64,000 bases of DNA from Obrimoposthia wandeli (lineage: Eukaryota), in NCBI GenBank assembly GCA_977020255.1, contig CDROCS010003914.1, forward strand, positions 62,001 through 126,000. The letters run 5' to 3'. Position numbers and translations under genes: made by a program. Below, piece after piece: positions 1 through 9,928 of the stretch. Every line of letters starts with the position of its first letter. Position 1 is the first letter of the stretch. Under the pieces are notes generated by a model that was not told the DNA's origin, ran no database searches, and was given only the letters and a program-made list of their open reading frames with translations.

Positions 1-546
1 ACGCAAATGGGTATTTTTGATACCACCAGAAAAATTGATTTTCTATATGCTTTAGCCAAACTCAGTACTCAATCAACAACCGATATCATTATCAGCGAAG
101 CTAACTGGCCGATTACCGGTACAGCACCTTGGGCACCGACTAGTGAGACGGAATGTGTCGATGAAGAAACTTATGCTAATTATCTGCTGCGCTACTATTT
201 ATTAGCGCTAGGCAGTAAAAAAGTATCTAGTGTGTATTGGCACCAGCTAATAGCACCGGGTTTTGGTTTGATTGATAATCGCGAAGGACTCAATAAAAGA
301 GTTGCCTTTTATGTTTTTAAACAGATGTTGAGTGCTTTACAAAATGTGGTGGTTAAAGAGCTAAAAGTAACCGGACAGCGCTATCATTTACACTGTTATA
401 AAGAGCAGAAAAACATCAGTGTTGTTTGGCTAAACAGTGATGATAAGCAATTGTATGAAACTCTAGATAAAGTCTTCGATAAAACAGGGCAGTTATTGCA
501 AGCCCCCATTTATATAAGTGCTAGCCCTATCTATATTTTACATTAA
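1..546 (+). CDS. 5'-truncated glycoside hydrolase-like protein (clan GH-A-type C-terminal part)
   Basis: Frame is open to the window edge (ACG CAA ATG...). IIISEANWP resembles the strand-7 nucleophile motif of (beta/alpha)8 glycosidases, followed by VYWHQL..PGFGL. Family not pinned down. Confidence 0.45.
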   Translation, partial: TQMGIFDTTRKIDFLYALAKLSTQSTTDIIISEANWPITGTAPWAPTSETECVDEETYANYLLRYYLLALGSKKVSSVYWHQLIAPGFGLIDNREGLNKRVAFYVFKQMLSALQNVVVKELKVTGQRYHLHCYKEQKNISVVWLNSDDKQLYETLDKVFDKTGQLLQAPIYISASPIYILH

Positions 547-584
547 GGAGCAGTGGGGTCTGCAAAGAATTATTTGGATGCGTT

Positions 585-1493
585 TTAGTTAGACTTTTGG
601 TTCTTGTATTGAGTGGGACTCATGCCATAAAAAGCTTTAAAACAACGGCTAAAGTGACTGGTGTTAGAGTAACCTGTTGCAAAACAGGCTGAGGTTATAC
701 TCGTACCTGCTAAGAGCATTGTTGCCGCTTTTTTCAAGCGCAGCTGATATAAAAAATCTTTGGGGGTGCAGCCTAAGCTTTGTTTGAATTTTGCAAAAAA
801 TTTGGTTCTACTCATGCAAGCGAGTTTGCAAAGCTTATCGATATTCAGATTTTGTGCAAGGTTTTGTTTAATGTGAGAAACAACAGCATTAAGACCATTG
901 TGATCGGGTTGGGTGTTGCTGTGTGAAATAATAAACTCGCGTGTTTGATGCCTTAATAATCGAACAATAAGCTCTGTCACTGCAAGGTCAACCATAAAAC
1001 TGCGATCTTGATGATTCTCTGTATAAATGTGTACGATGCGGTTTAGCAATGCTTGTGTTTGAGCATTGTGATGGGTGTGTACGAGTTCTGTTTCGTATTG
1101 CCATTCGCGTTGATATTGGCTTAAAGACGATGCGGTATTTAATCCATTAACGACTTGTTTGACTCTATCAGTACTTATTTCAACCGCAAGGCAGGTGGTC
1201 GGTTGCTGGATGCAGGCAACTGGGAAATCTATTTCAACGGGGTTATTAGGTGCCATCACGAACGATTCATGGGGCAGAAAATCACATTGAAAATTATCTT
1301 GATTGGCGTGCATCACTTTTTTGCCGCTGACCATACCGCAAAACAATAGTTGATCAGAAACCAGTTCCACTCTAGAGGCTTGTTCAAACGTATCATAAAT
1401 GCTGAGCTCAGATTCAGCTGCTGCAAACGATACTTTATTTTCAACCAGCACTTGGGGTGCTTGTCGTTGCTGCTTTAAAATCTCCCGGATCAT
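585..1493 (-). CDS. AraC-family transcriptional regulator (N-terminal AraC_N-type domain plus C-terminal double HTH)
   Basis: C-terminal ACMSRTKFFAKFKQSLGCTP...ACFATGYSNTSHFSRCFKAFYGMSP is a typical AraC HTH pair. Divergent from the aldehyde dehydrogenase gene. Confidence 0.9.
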   Translation of the reverse strand: MIREILKQQRQAPQVLVENKVSFAAAESELSIYDTFEQASRVELVSDQLLFCGMVSGKKVMHANQDNFQCDFLPHESFVMAPNNPVEIDFPVACIQQPTTCLAVEISTDRVKQVVNGLNTASSLSQYQREWQYETELVHTHHNAQTQALLNRIVHIYTENHQDRSFMVDLAVTELIVRLLRHQTREFIISHSNTQPDHNGLNAVVSHIKQNLAQNLNIDKLCKLACMSRTKFFAKFKQSLGCTPKDFLYQLRLKKAATMLLAGTSITSACFATGYSNTSHFSRCFKAFYGMSPTQYKNQKSN

Positions 1494-1621
1494 AAATAAG
1501 CCTCAATGCATGGCGATATTTGAACTGACAGTAAACTAATGTGGATTGACAGCACAGCCAATTATTTTTTTTGTACTTAGGATAGTACACAAGACAACAA
1601 AAATAACTAGAGGTAATAGTC

Positions 1622-3139
1622 ATGATATATGCAAACCCAGGTTCTTCTCAATCCAGTGTTAGTTTCAAAAACCGTTATGAGAACTATATTAATGGCCAAT
1701 GGACTGCTCCAATAGGAGGTAAGTATTTTGAAAATATTACGCCGGTGACCGGAGAAGTTATTTGCGAAATACCTCGATCAGATGCACAAGATGTCAACGC
1801 TGCAATAGATGCTGCACATGCCGCAAAAGAAAGCTGGGCTGCCACTTCTGTAACTGAGCGCTCTAACATTTTATTAAAAATAGCCGATAAAATAGAAGAG
1901 AACCTAGAGCTTTTAGCACTCGCTGAAACTTGGGATAATGGAAAATGTATTCGCGAGACAATGGGAGCAGATGTACCGCTTGCTGTTGATCATTTTCGCT
2001 ATTTCGCCGGTTGTATTCGCGCCCAAGAAGGTTCTATAGGTGAAATCGATAACAACACTGTTGCCTATCATTTTCATGAGCCTTTAGGAGTGGTTGGCCA
2101 GATTATTCCATGGAATTTCCCATTGCTGATGGCTGCATGGAAAATTCCACCTGCACTAGCAACCGGCAACTGTATTGTTTTAAAGCCTGCAGAACAAACG
2201 CCTTTGTCGATTCTTATCCTAATGGAGCTTATAGGTGATTTATTACCAGCTGGTGTGCTTAATATCGTTAATGGATATGGCGCAGAAGCGGGGGAGTCAT
2301 TGGCTACTTCTAAGCGCATTGCGAAGCTTGCCTTTACTGGGTCAAGCCCCGTGGGTAAGAAAATTCTGAAAAACGCTGCTGAAAGCTTAATTCCATCAAC
2401 CGTTGAGCTAGGTGGAAAATCACCGAATGTATTCTTTGCAGATATCATGCAACACGAAGATGCGTATATTGAGAAGTGCTTAGAAGGCGCCGCATTAGCG
2501 TTCTTTAATCAGGGAGAGGTTTGTACCTGCCCATCGCGTTTATTGGTGGAAGAGTCTATTGCTGATGAGTTTATTGAGCGTTTGATAGCGAAAACCAAAG
2601 GTATAAAGCAGGGTAATCCGCTGGATACTGATAGCCAAGTGGGTGCTCAAGTATCTAAAGAGCAGTTTGATAAAATATTATCTTACATCGAAATCGGTAA
2701 GAACGAAGGAGCGACAGTCTTAACCGGCGGTGCAGATGAAAATGTCGATGGTTTAAAGGATGGCTTTTATATCCAGCCGACCTTGATTAAAGGCACCAAT
2801 GACATGCGCGTGTTTCAAGAAGAAATCTTTGGCCCGGTGATTAGTGTAACTACTTTCAAAGATGAGGCAGAAGCAGTCGCTATTGCCAATGACACGCCTT
2901 TTGGATTGGGTGCTGGTGTATGGACCAGAGATATGAATAAAGCTTATCGCATGGGGCGCAGTATCGAGGCTGGTCGCGTTTGGACGAACTGTTATCACCT
3001 CTATCCAGCTCATGCTGCTTTTGGTGGATATAAGGAGTCAGGGATAGGAAGAGAGAATCACAAGATGATGTTAGATCACTATCAGCAAACCAAAAACTTG
3101 TTAGTGAGTTACGATATTAATCCGCTAGGCTTTTTCTAA
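1622..3139 (+). CDS. aldB: NAD(P)-dependent aldehyde dehydrogenase, AldB/ExaC/AcoD type
   Basis: IIPWNFP, FTGS, ELGGKSP (catalytic Glu), [10 protein letters not shown] (catalytic Cys), [23 protein letters not shown]; 505 aa; SD GAGGT. Confidence 0.92.
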   Translation: MIYANPGSSQSSVSFKNRYENYINGQWTAPIGGKYFENITPVTGEVICEIPRSDAQDVNAAIDAAHAAKESWAATSVTERSNILLKIADKIEENLELLALAETWDNGKCIRETMGADVPLAVDHFRYFAGCIRAQEGSIGEIDNNTVAYHFHEPLGVVGQIIPWNFPLLMAAWKIPPALATGNCIVLKPAEQTPLSILILMELIGDLLPAGVLNIVNGYGAEAGESLATSKRIAKLAFTGSSPVGKKILKNAAESLIPSTVELGGKSPNVFFADIMQHEDAYIEKCLEGAALAFFNQGEVCTCPSRLLVEESIADEFIERLIAKTKGIKQGNPLDTDSQVGAQVSKEQFDKILSYIEIGKNEGATVLTGGADENVDGLKDGFYIQPTLIKGTNDMRVFQEEIFGPVISVTTFKDEAEAVAIANDTPFGLGAGVWTRDMNKAYRMGRSIEAGRVWTNCYHLYPAHAAFGGYKESGIGRENHKMMLDHYQQTKNLLVSYDINPLGFF

Positions 3140-3151
3140 GCTAAGTAGACT

Positions 3152-3186
3152 TCACAAACAAGCACTTGATTAGTGTTTGTTTGTGA
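3152..3186. terminator. Bidirectional intrinsic terminator between convergent aldB and fimX
   Basis: TCACAAACAAGCACT-tgatt-AGTGTTTGTTTGTGA, a 15-bp stem with one non-Watson-Crick pair. Confidence 0.75.
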
Positions 3187-3229
3187 TATTTAAAAGAGCT
3201 TATTCGCTGAATTACGTATGATTTAGCGG

Positions 3230-5359
3230 TTAATTTCCAACAAAGTCATAACCCATTTTCTCGTCAGGGGCCTGTAAGTAATAGCCTTGCACCATTCCCA
3301 CACCAGACTTCCACAAAAGGCTCATAACTTTAGGGGTTTCAACTTGTGGTGCAATGGTTATTTTTCCAAGGTTGTTTAGATTGCTGAGCAAATCTTCAAA
3401 AGAGTTGTTGAAGTTACTGTCTTCAGCAAGCTCATGTATAAAGCTAGCGTCAAATTTTATGTAATCCGGGTCTAGTGTTTTTAAAATATTCTTTGAATCT
3501 TGGGTACTACCGTAATGTTTTAAACACAAGAGACAGTTTAGCTGGCGTAAACCATCGACAAAATGCTTAGCCCTAGAAAGCGAGTTAGCTGATTCGGTTT
3601 CGCTAATTTGAATAACTAGGTGGTCTGCTTGAATTCGGCTTTTACGCAATATATCAGCAATCCATAGCAACAGCGCTTCACCCTCCCAAACGGTATCTGT
3701 AACGCTGATAAAGAGTTTCAGTTTTTTGTTTTTGTCAAGCTCGCCCCTAAGTTGCTGGATGCTTTGGGTGATGACCCATTTATCCATTCTTTCATTTAAG
3801 TTGGCGTGCTCGACACCAGCTAAAAACTTGGCAGGTGGAATGTTTTGGTTGTTAGGTCCTATCATACGCAGCAGTACTTCATAATGTTGCTGTTCACTAT
3901 TAAAAACTAATGGCACTAAAGGTTGAAAAAGTAGGCGAAGGTTATTGTTTTCGATAGCTTGTGTGGCTTGAGCTGCAGTTTGCTTTTGATCGGCATTATC
4001 TTGGGCGTAGTTAATATCAAATGTGAGAACTTTAGGTTCATTCTCTGCTAACTTGGTGCATTGCAATATAGTTTGTTGACCTCGTTCAATTATTTGATTA
4101 ACGCTGGTGGTTGTATCTGTCATTGAAACTATCGCAATAGCAGGAGCAATTTGAAGGAGTTTTCCTTGGTAGTTACTGCCATGATTACTTAAACGAGAGT
4201 AGAGTGAGCTAGCGATCTCCAGTGTTTTATCAGCACTAGAGTCAGAGTAGATGACTGCAAATGTCTTTTCAGATAAGCGCGCCTTTATGTGCGTTTTGAC
4301 AAAAAAGTTATTTAAAATATCAGCGGTGTCGCGAGCCAGAGTTTTGCTAGCCTCGGTGCCTAGCTGGCTGCGAATTGTCAGTAAATTTAAAACTTCTATA
4401 TATATTAACTGGCAGTCGTTGCCACCTTGTTGAGCGTGTCGCAGGCTGTTTTCAAGCGCATCTGAAAAATACTCCAAGTTGTATAAGCCAGTGATGGGGT
4501 CTAATTCATCAAACTTACTTTGCTTACTTAAGCTTCTATCGTTTTCAATTGAGATTTCAATACATTCCATATCGTTGAAATGTGTTTGTTGCATGACAAT
4601 ATGCGCAGTAAAATTACTACTATCAGCACGCTTAGCTAGTAATTGATAAGGCTGTTTAGTTTGACCGCTGTCAACAAAGCTTGAGATCAGCTTACTCATG
4701 CCGTTTTTTTCTTGGGAGGCAACGCAATTGAGAATCGATTTATTAAGCAGCTGGTCTTTGAGTTGGTAGCCAAATAATTTACAAAAGGTGTCGTTCAGGT
4801 AAATAATCTTCTGATTGTAAATAAAGCAAATAGCTAGCGTCGATTGATCCATTAATACTCGACAGCGTTTTTGGGTTTCTGAAAGTTGTAACTGTATAAG
4901 GCGCAACTGCCTACGGTGTTCTAAATGGCTGTATTCTCGTTTAATATACAAAAGCAATAAAGGGTAGTCTTTAGCAGGTAAAACCGCTTGTACGTCATTG
5001 AGCAGAGCTTGTGTGATACTCTCTTGATCAGGGGTGTCAATTAACTGTATAACAGGGATATCTTTTTCTGAAAGTTTTAAATGCCTAGTCATGGCATAGG
5101 GGTCAAAGTTGCCCTGTTGAGTTTTACAAATAATAAGATCCCAAGAGCGCTCAGCAAGTGCTGCTAATAATTCCTCAAGGGTTGTAATGTTTTTGCCACG
5201 CGGTGCAAATCGATGGTTGCGCAAATAGGATATAGTCGCGCTGGTTTCACTATTGGTAAACTCGACAAATAATATATAAATATTCTGACGTGCTGTACTT
5301 AACTTGCCACCTGTACTTTTTTTATTTTGCACAAGATCTATGCTGGATATGCCACTCAT
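3230..5359 (-). CDS. fimX: FimX-like REC-PAS-GGDEF-EAL c-di-GMP receptor with degenerate motifs
   Basis: N-terminal REC (WDLIICK, no phospho-Asp), PAS, GGDEF replaced by RLSEKTF, EAL as YEVLLRM, DDFG loop as KHYGST. Same architecture as Pseudomonas FimX. Confidence 0.75.
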   Translation of the reverse strand: MSGISSIDLVQNKKSTGGKLSTARQNIYILFVEFTNSETSATISYLRNHRFAPRGKNITTLEELLAALAERSWDLIICKTQQGNFDPYAMTRHLKLSEKDIPVIQLIDTPDQESITQALLNDVQAVLPAKDYPLLLLYIKREYSHLEHRRQLRLIQLQLSETQKRCRVLMDQSTLAICFIYNQKIIYLNDTFCKLFGYQLKDQLLNKSILNCVASQEKNGMSKLISSFVDSGQTKQPYQLLAKRADSSNFTAHIVMQQTHFNDMECIEISIENDRSLSKQSKFDELDPITGLYNLEYFSDALENSLRHAQQGGNDCQLIYIEVLNLLTIRSQLGTEASKTLARDTADILNNFFVKTHIKARLSEKTFAVIYSDSSADKTLEIASSLYSRLSNHGSNYQGKLLQIAPAIAIVSMTDTTTSVNQIIERGQQTILQCTKLAENEPKVLTFDINYAQDNADQKQTAAQATQAIENNNLRLLFQPLVPLVFNSEQQHYEVLLRMIGPNNQNIPPAKFLAGVEHANLNERMDKWVITQSIQQLRGELDKNKKLKLFISVTDTVWEGEALLLWIADILRKSRIQADHLVIQISETESANSLSRAKHFVDGLRQLNCLLCLKHYGSTQDSKNILKTLDPDYIKFDASFIHELAEDSNFNNSFEDLLSNLNNLGKITIAPQVETPKVMSLLWKSGVGMVQGYYLQAPDEKMGYDFVGN

Positions 5360-5363
5360 TCTA

Positions 5364-5380
5364 GTTACACTCCTTGTAAC
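5364..5380 (-). promoter_or_regulatory. Candidate CsrA/RsmA hairpin over the fimX Shine-Dalgarno
   Basis: Minus strand GTTACA-AGGAG-TGTAAC, 4 nt upstream of the ATG, with GGA in the loop of a 6-bp stem. Confidence 0.55.
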
Positions 5381-5590
5381 AAAAATATTAAAAGAATAAT
5401 ATTAATTACGTCGAGTAGTAGGTTATAGCAGCTTTAATAAGGACTTAAAAGTAACAATGCTAATGGGCTCTATAAAATAAAATCGCAATTAGTTTCTTCT
5501 AGTTTGTTGAAAATAATAAAAAAGTATTTACAGTGGTTGTGACAGAATTTTAGAAGGCGAGGAAAAAAAAGTACCAGAAGGATAAGAAAT

Positions 5591-5665
5591 TGGCTGGGGT
5601 AGGAGGATTCGAACCTCCGCATGACGAGATCAAAACCCGTTGCCTTACCGCTTGGCGATACCCCA
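5591..5665 (-). tRNA. tRNA-Gln(TTG)
   Basis: TGGGGTATCGCCAAGCGGTAAGGCAACGGGTTTTGATCTCGTCATGCGGAGGTTCGAATCCTCCTACCCCAGCCA; cloverleaf with encoded CCA. Confidence 0.97.
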
Positions 5666-5679
5666 GTAACAATTTTCTT

Positions 5680-5756
5680 TGGTAGCAATGGCGGGACTCG
5701 AACCTGCGACCCTCGCATTATGAATGCGATGCTCTAACCAGCTGAGCTACATTGCC
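5680..5756 (-). tRNA. tRNA-Met(CAT), elongator, G1-U72 variant
   Basis: GGCAATG...TCGCA TTCATAA TGCGA...GCAGGTTCGAGTCCCGC CATTGCT ACCA; A51-C63 T-stem mismatch typical of elongator Met. Confidence 0.95.
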
Positions 5757-5820
5757 ATTGTACTACACGTAATTTAAATTTTACTAACACTTATTGAAGC
5801 ATGTCATATGAAATTTAAAT

Positions 5821-5895
5821 TGGCTGGGGTAGGAGGATTCGAACCTCCGCATGACGAGATCAAAACCCGTTGCCTTACCGCTTGGCGATACCCCA
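5821..5895 (-). tRNA. tRNA-Gln(TTG)
   Basis: Identical to the copy at 5591-5665. Confidence 0.97.
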
Positions 5896-5907
5896 GTAAC
5901 AAATGAA

Positions 5908-5984
5908 TGGTGGCAATGGCGGGACTCGAACCTGCGACCCTCGCATTATGAATGCGATGCTCTAACCAGCTGAGCTACATTGCC
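5908..5984 (-). tRNA. tRNA-Met(CAT), elongator
   Basis: Same as 5680-5756 except C72 (G1-C72 pair). Confidence 0.96.
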
Positions 5985-5992
5985 CTTCATTT

Positions 5993-6030
5993 GAGGCGCG
6001 AATTATTCTCTGTTTCGCCCTTTGTGTCAA
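5993..6030 (-). promoter_or_regulatory. Sigma70 stable-RNA promoter of the Met-Gln tRNA operon
   Basis: TTGACA-17 bp-AATAAT followed by GC-rich discriminator TCGCGCCTC, just upstream of the first tRNA. Confidence 0.7.
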
Positions 6031-6180
6031 CACCCTTTTTATAAAAAAGTTAGATAAGTTTGCTTTTTTTTAAAGGTGTCTATTTAATGATCAAAAATTT
6101 TATATAAGTCATTAATAGTCAATAAAATGCATCAGTGAGATGATTTTACTAGAGACTTGGTTTCTAGGTTAAATAAGCGC

Positions 6181-6217
6181 TTTAGAGTGTTAAGTGAAAA
6201 ATAACTAACACTCTAAA
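6181..6217 (-). terminator. Hairpin downstream of ychF
   Basis: TTTAGAGTGTTA-13 nt-TAACACTCTAAA, perfect 12-bp stem. Confidence 0.55.
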
Positions 6218-6249
6218 CAGGTTATTGTAAGTGGTGTTTAATAGGCCGC

Positions 6250-7341
6250 TTAAACGTTGAAGCGAAAATGTACAACGTCACCGTCTTTGGTGATGTACTC
6301 TTTGCCTTCTAAGCGCCACTTGCCAGCATCTTTTGCACCTTGCTCGCCTTTAAACTCGATGAAGTGCTCATAAGAGATAACTTCTGCGCGAATAAAGCCT
6401 TTTTCAAAGTCAGTGTGTATTACGCCAGCTGCTTGTGGTGCGGTTGCGCCAACTTTAACTGTCCAGGCGCGTACTTCTTTAACACCGGCTGTAAAGTATG
6501 TTTGTAAGTTTAATAATTCGTAGCCTGCACGAATAACTCTATCTAGGCCTGGCTCTTCCATGCCTAGATCTTCAAGGAATTCATTGCGCTCTTCATCATC
6601 AAGTTCAGAGATTTCAGCTTCTAGCTTGTTGCAGATAACCACAACGACTGCATTTTCAGTGGCAGCAATTTCGCGCACTTTATCAAGATGTGGGTTATCT
6701 TCAAAGCCTTCCTCATCAACATTGGCAATATACATAGTTGGCTTTACAGAAATAAGGTGGAATGTTTTGGCTATTGCCAATTCATCTTCGCTTAAATCTA
6801 AAGCGCGAACTGCTAGACCTTCTTCTAAGTGGGGAAGTAGCTTTTCAAGTACTGCTTGTGCGGCAACAGCTGTTTTGTCGCCGCCTTTAGCTAGCTTCTT
6901 ATTGCGTTGTAGCTGCTTTTCGACTGATTCTAAATCAGCCAGCGCTAGCTCAAGGTTGATAATATCGATATCCGCAGCTGGGTCGATGTTATTAGCCACG
7001 TGAATAACGTTTTCATCTTCAAAGCAGCGTACAACATGAGCGATAGCATCTGTTTCGCGAATGTTGGCTAGAAATTTGTTCCCTAGGCCTTCTCCTTTAG
7101 AGGCGCCGGCAACTAAGCCTGCGATATCAACAAATTCCATGGTGGTAGGCAATACGCGTTCAGGGTTAACAATTTCTGCAAGTAAATCTAAACGTGAATC
7201 AGGCATAGCGACGATGCCAGAGTTGGGCTCGATAGTGCAGAAAGGGAAGTTTTCAGCACTGATGCCCGCTTTTGTAAGCGCGTTAAAAAGTGTTGATTTT
7301 CCGACGTTTGGCAGGCCGACAATGCCACATTTGAAACCCAT
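6250..7341 (-). CDS. ychF: Ribosome-binding ATPase YchF
   Basis: [32 protein letters not shown] domain ([12 protein letters not shown]), 363 aa. Confidence 0.98.
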   Translation of the reverse strand: MGFKCGIVGLPNVGKSTLFNALTKAGISAENFPFCTIEPNSGIVAMPDSRLDLLAEIVNPERVLPTTMEFVDIAGLVAGASKGEGLGNKFLANIRETDAIAHVVRCFEDENVIHVANNIDPAADIDIINLELALADLESVEKQLQRNKKLAKGGDKTAVAAQAVLEKLLPHLEEGLAVRALDLSEDELAIAKTFHLISVKPTMYIANVDEEGFEDNPHLDKVREIAATENAVVVVICNKLEAEISELDDEERNEFLEDLGMEEPGLDRVIRAGYELLNLQTYFTAGVKEVRAWTVKVGATAPQAAGVIHTDFEKGFIRAEVISYEHFIEFKGEQGAKDAGKWRLEGKEYITKDGDVVHFRFNV

Positions 7342-7522
7342 AATATAAATCCTTCGTATTGCTGTATCTCTGCAAAAGCACTATCTTTGAGCGTGTTTTG
7401 AGAGTATGAAATGAAAATTAACTGCCTACTTTTAAAACAGGCAAATTAGAATGGCGCCATTGTAAAGCACTGTACAAGTTTGTGGAAATTTAATTTAACG
7501 CGAGGGTGTTTATACGGTGAGA

Positions 7523-8113
7523 TTAGCTGGCTTTGAAGCTATGTAAGTTGTTCATAGCGATATTCCAATCACCAGATATAGCATTATTGGTAAATTGTAA
7601 TGCTTCGTCAGTCGCTTGTTGTGTCAAGCTTTGCTCATTGGAAGAAGCTTTTGCTAAAACAAAGTTGGCAACATCTTTTGCCGTTCCGGGATGACCTATG
7701 CCAATACGTAAACGATAGAAGTCTTTGTTGTTTCCCATCTTACTGATGATATCTCTAAGGCCATTATGACCACCGTGGCCGCCACCTTTTTTAAAGCGTG
7801 CAGTACCTGGGTTGATATCTAACTCGTCATGGGCGACAAGAATGTTTTGCAATGGAATTTTATAAAAATTAGCAAGTGCAGCGAGGGAGCTACCACTAAG
7901 ATTCATATAAGTATTAGGAATTAACAGATGTACATTTTGACCATTTAAAGACGCTTTCGCGTAACGGCCTTGGTACTTTTTATCTTCAACCAGACTGACG
8001 AGCAGCTTGCTAGCAAGCTGCTCGACATATTCTGCACCAGCATTATGACGCGTGCGATCGTATTTTGCCCCAGGGTTACCTAAGCCAACGATCAGTTCGA
8101 TTTTGTCATTCAT
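7523..8113 (-). CDS. pth: Peptidyl-tRNA hydrolase
   Basis: [33 protein letters not shown]. Start moved to MNDKIE (ATG at 8113) because the longer ORF overlaps rplY. Confidence 0.96.
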   Translation of the reverse strand: MNDKIELIVGLGNPGAKYDRTRHNAGAEYVEQLASKLLVSLVEDKKYQGRYAKASLNGQNVHLLIPNTYMNLSGSSLAALANFYKIPLQNILVAHDELDINPGTARFKKGGGHGGHNGLRDIISKMGNNKDFYRLRIGIGHPGTAKDVANFVLAKASSNEQSLTQQATDEALQFTNNAISGDWNIAMNNLHSFKAS

Positions 8114-8141
8114 GCTGTTTTTCATAGGGCAGAAGCAGCGA

Positions 8142-8735
8142 TTATTCCGCTTTAGCACCACGTGGAGAATAAACATAACCAACACTTTGGTTATGATCAG
8201 AACCACGACGAAGTGCAGAAACTTCAACGCCTTCAGGAGTAACGATGTCTGACAAGTGAAGAACTTGACCGATTTCAACGTCAGCTAAATCAACACTTAC
8301 TGATTCAGGAAGATTGTTTGCAAGACAAAGTACTTCAACAACGTTTGCTTCTACTGCGAATTTAGCAGCGGCTTTAGCAACCACTGATTTTTCGAAGTTA
8401 TTGAAAGCAATAGGCACTTTAATGCTGATACGGCTAGTTTTATCAATACGTTGAAAATCAGCGTGTAATAAAAGAGGTTTAGCAGGATGACGCTGTAAAT
8501 CTTTGATGATTACTTGTTCTTCTTTTCCATCTACAACAAGTGTGATGATTGAGGAGAAAAAGTTGTCATTGTTAGTTAGCTTAACGAATTCTTTGTTGAT
8601 TAAAGAAAGAGAAAGCGGCTTAGTATCTGTTCCACCGTATACAACGGCAGGTACTAGACCTTCGTTACGCAGGCGGCGGCTCGCACCTTTGCCCTGATCT
8701 TCACGAATAACGGCTTCAATTGTAAAATTGCTCAT
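8142..8735 (-). CDS. rplY: 50S ribosomal protein L25 / Ctc
   Basis: [20 protein letters not shown]...HADFQR; position between prs and pth. Confidence 0.95.
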   Translation of the reverse strand: MSNFTIEAVIREDQGKGASRRLRNEGLVPAVVYGGTDTKPLSLSLINKEFVKLTNNDNFFSSIITLVVDGKEEQVIIKDLQRHPAKPLLLHADFQRIDKTSRISIKVPIAFNNFEKSVVAKAAAKFAVEANVVEVLCLANNLPESVSVDLADVEIGQVLHLSDIVTPEGVEVSALRRGSDHNQSVGYVYSPRGAKAE

Positions 8736-8755
8736 TTTTATACCTATATATAAAC

Positions 8756-8781
8756 CAGTGGAACCGCGACCAGGACCACTG
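8756..8781 (-). promoter_or_regulatory. rplY 5' leader hairpin (candidate L25 ribosomal leader)
   Basis: Minus strand CAGTGG-TCCTGGTCGCGGTT-CCACTG, 20 nt upstream of the start. I recall a TGGTCGC-loop hairpin in gammaproteobacterial rplY leaders. Confidence 0.5.
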
Positions 8782-8859
8782 TAGTTAAACTTAGCGTGCG
8801 TTGTTGCAGGCTAAGTTGATAATCTTTCGACGATATTGTCAAAAGAGTGTCAATGCATT

Positions 8860-9801
8860 TTAGCGGAACATTGCGCTAATTGATTCTTCGTTTGATACTC
8901 TGCGCAAAGCTTCAGCTAATAGCGGTGCTATCGTCAGTTGGCGTATTTTTGGACACGCAACTGAGCTGGCTGAAAGCGGTATAGTGTCAGTAACGATTAG
9001 CTCGTCAATGGCAGAGTTAGTAATGTTGTTTACCGCAGGTCCTGAAAGCACAGGGTGAGTTGCATAAGCGTAAACTTTAGCAGCGCCTTGATCCTTTAGT
9101 GCTTGGGCAGCCTTACAAAGCGTGCCGGATGTATCTGTCATGTCATCGATTAGAATACAAGTACGATCTTGTACATCGCCAATAATATTCATAACTTGCG
9201 ATTCGTTGGCTCGTTCGCGACGCTTATCAATAATGGCTAGATCACAGTCAAGCTGTTTAGCGACTGCTCTTGCACGTACTACACCACCAACATCGGGTGA
9301 AACAACCATTAAGTTTTCGTATTTCTGTTCAATAATGTCATCTAATAAAACAGGAGATCCGTATACATTATCTACTGGAATGCTAAAGAAACCTTGAATT
9401 TGATCTGCATGCAAATCCATAGTCATGACTCTATCAACGCCAGCATTAGTGATCATATCAGCGACGATGCGGGCACTGATAGCAACACGTGCTGAACGCG
9501 GGCGCCTATCTTGGCGTGCATAACCAAAGTAGGGGATAACGGCGGTAATACGTGTAGCTGATGCTCTACGAAGTGCGTCAACCATGACAATCAATTCCAT
9601 TAAATTATCATTGGTAGGTGCGCAAGTAGATTGAATAATAAAAACATCTTTACCGCGGACATTTTCCTGTATTTCTATACTCACTTCACCATCGCTAAAG
9701 CGTGCAACATGTGCCTTACCAATTGGAATGTCTAAACGTTCTACTACCTTGAGTGCTAGCTCTGGATTGGAGTTACCACTAAATACCATTAACTGAGACA
9801 T
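8860..9801 (-). CDS. prs: Ribose-phosphate pyrophosphokinase
   Basis: [46 protein letters not shown]; start MSQLMVF with SD AAGG. Confidence 0.97.
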   Translation of the reverse strand: MSQLMVFSGNSNPELALKVVERLDIPIGKAHVARFSDGEVSIEIQENVRGKDVFIIQSTCAPTNDNLMELIVMVDALRRASATRITAVIPYFGYARQDRRPRSARVAISARIVADMITNAGVDRVMTMDLHADQIQGFFSIPVDNVYGSPVLLDDIIEQKYENLMVVSPDVGGVVRARAVAKQLDCDLAIIDKRRERANESQVMNIIGDVQDRTCILIDDMTDTSGTLCKAAQALKDQGAAKVYAYATHPVLSGPAVNNITNSAIDELIVTDTIPLSASSVACPKIRQLTIAPLLAEALRRVSNEESISAMFR

Positions 9802-9928
9802 GGAACATACCTTTTCGATAGTCATTGTAAATATTTACGTTCAAATAGTTGATTAAGCATTTTAAGTTAGTGCTGCGTAACCGAGATAAAATATATCAAA
9901 GAATCAAGTGTTTGAGAAATGTGATTCT

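Noticed and set aside
5470-5718. 82-aa ORF on the minus strand
   Set aside because: Runs through tRNA-Met and tRNA-Gln; the translation is just tRNA sequence.
6560-7003. 147-aa Ser-rich antisense ORF, representative of many shadow ORFs (e.g. 2074-2448, 9122-9397, 10480-10848, 19161-19511, 21438-22049, 38451-38780)
   Set aside because: Lie antisense to or out of frame within well-conserved genes, have no motifs, and show the composition expected from the opposite strand of coding DNA.
8114-8278. N-terminal extension of the pth ORF (251 aa in the track)
   Set aside because: Overlaps rplY in another frame; Pth homology starts at [15 protein letters not shown].
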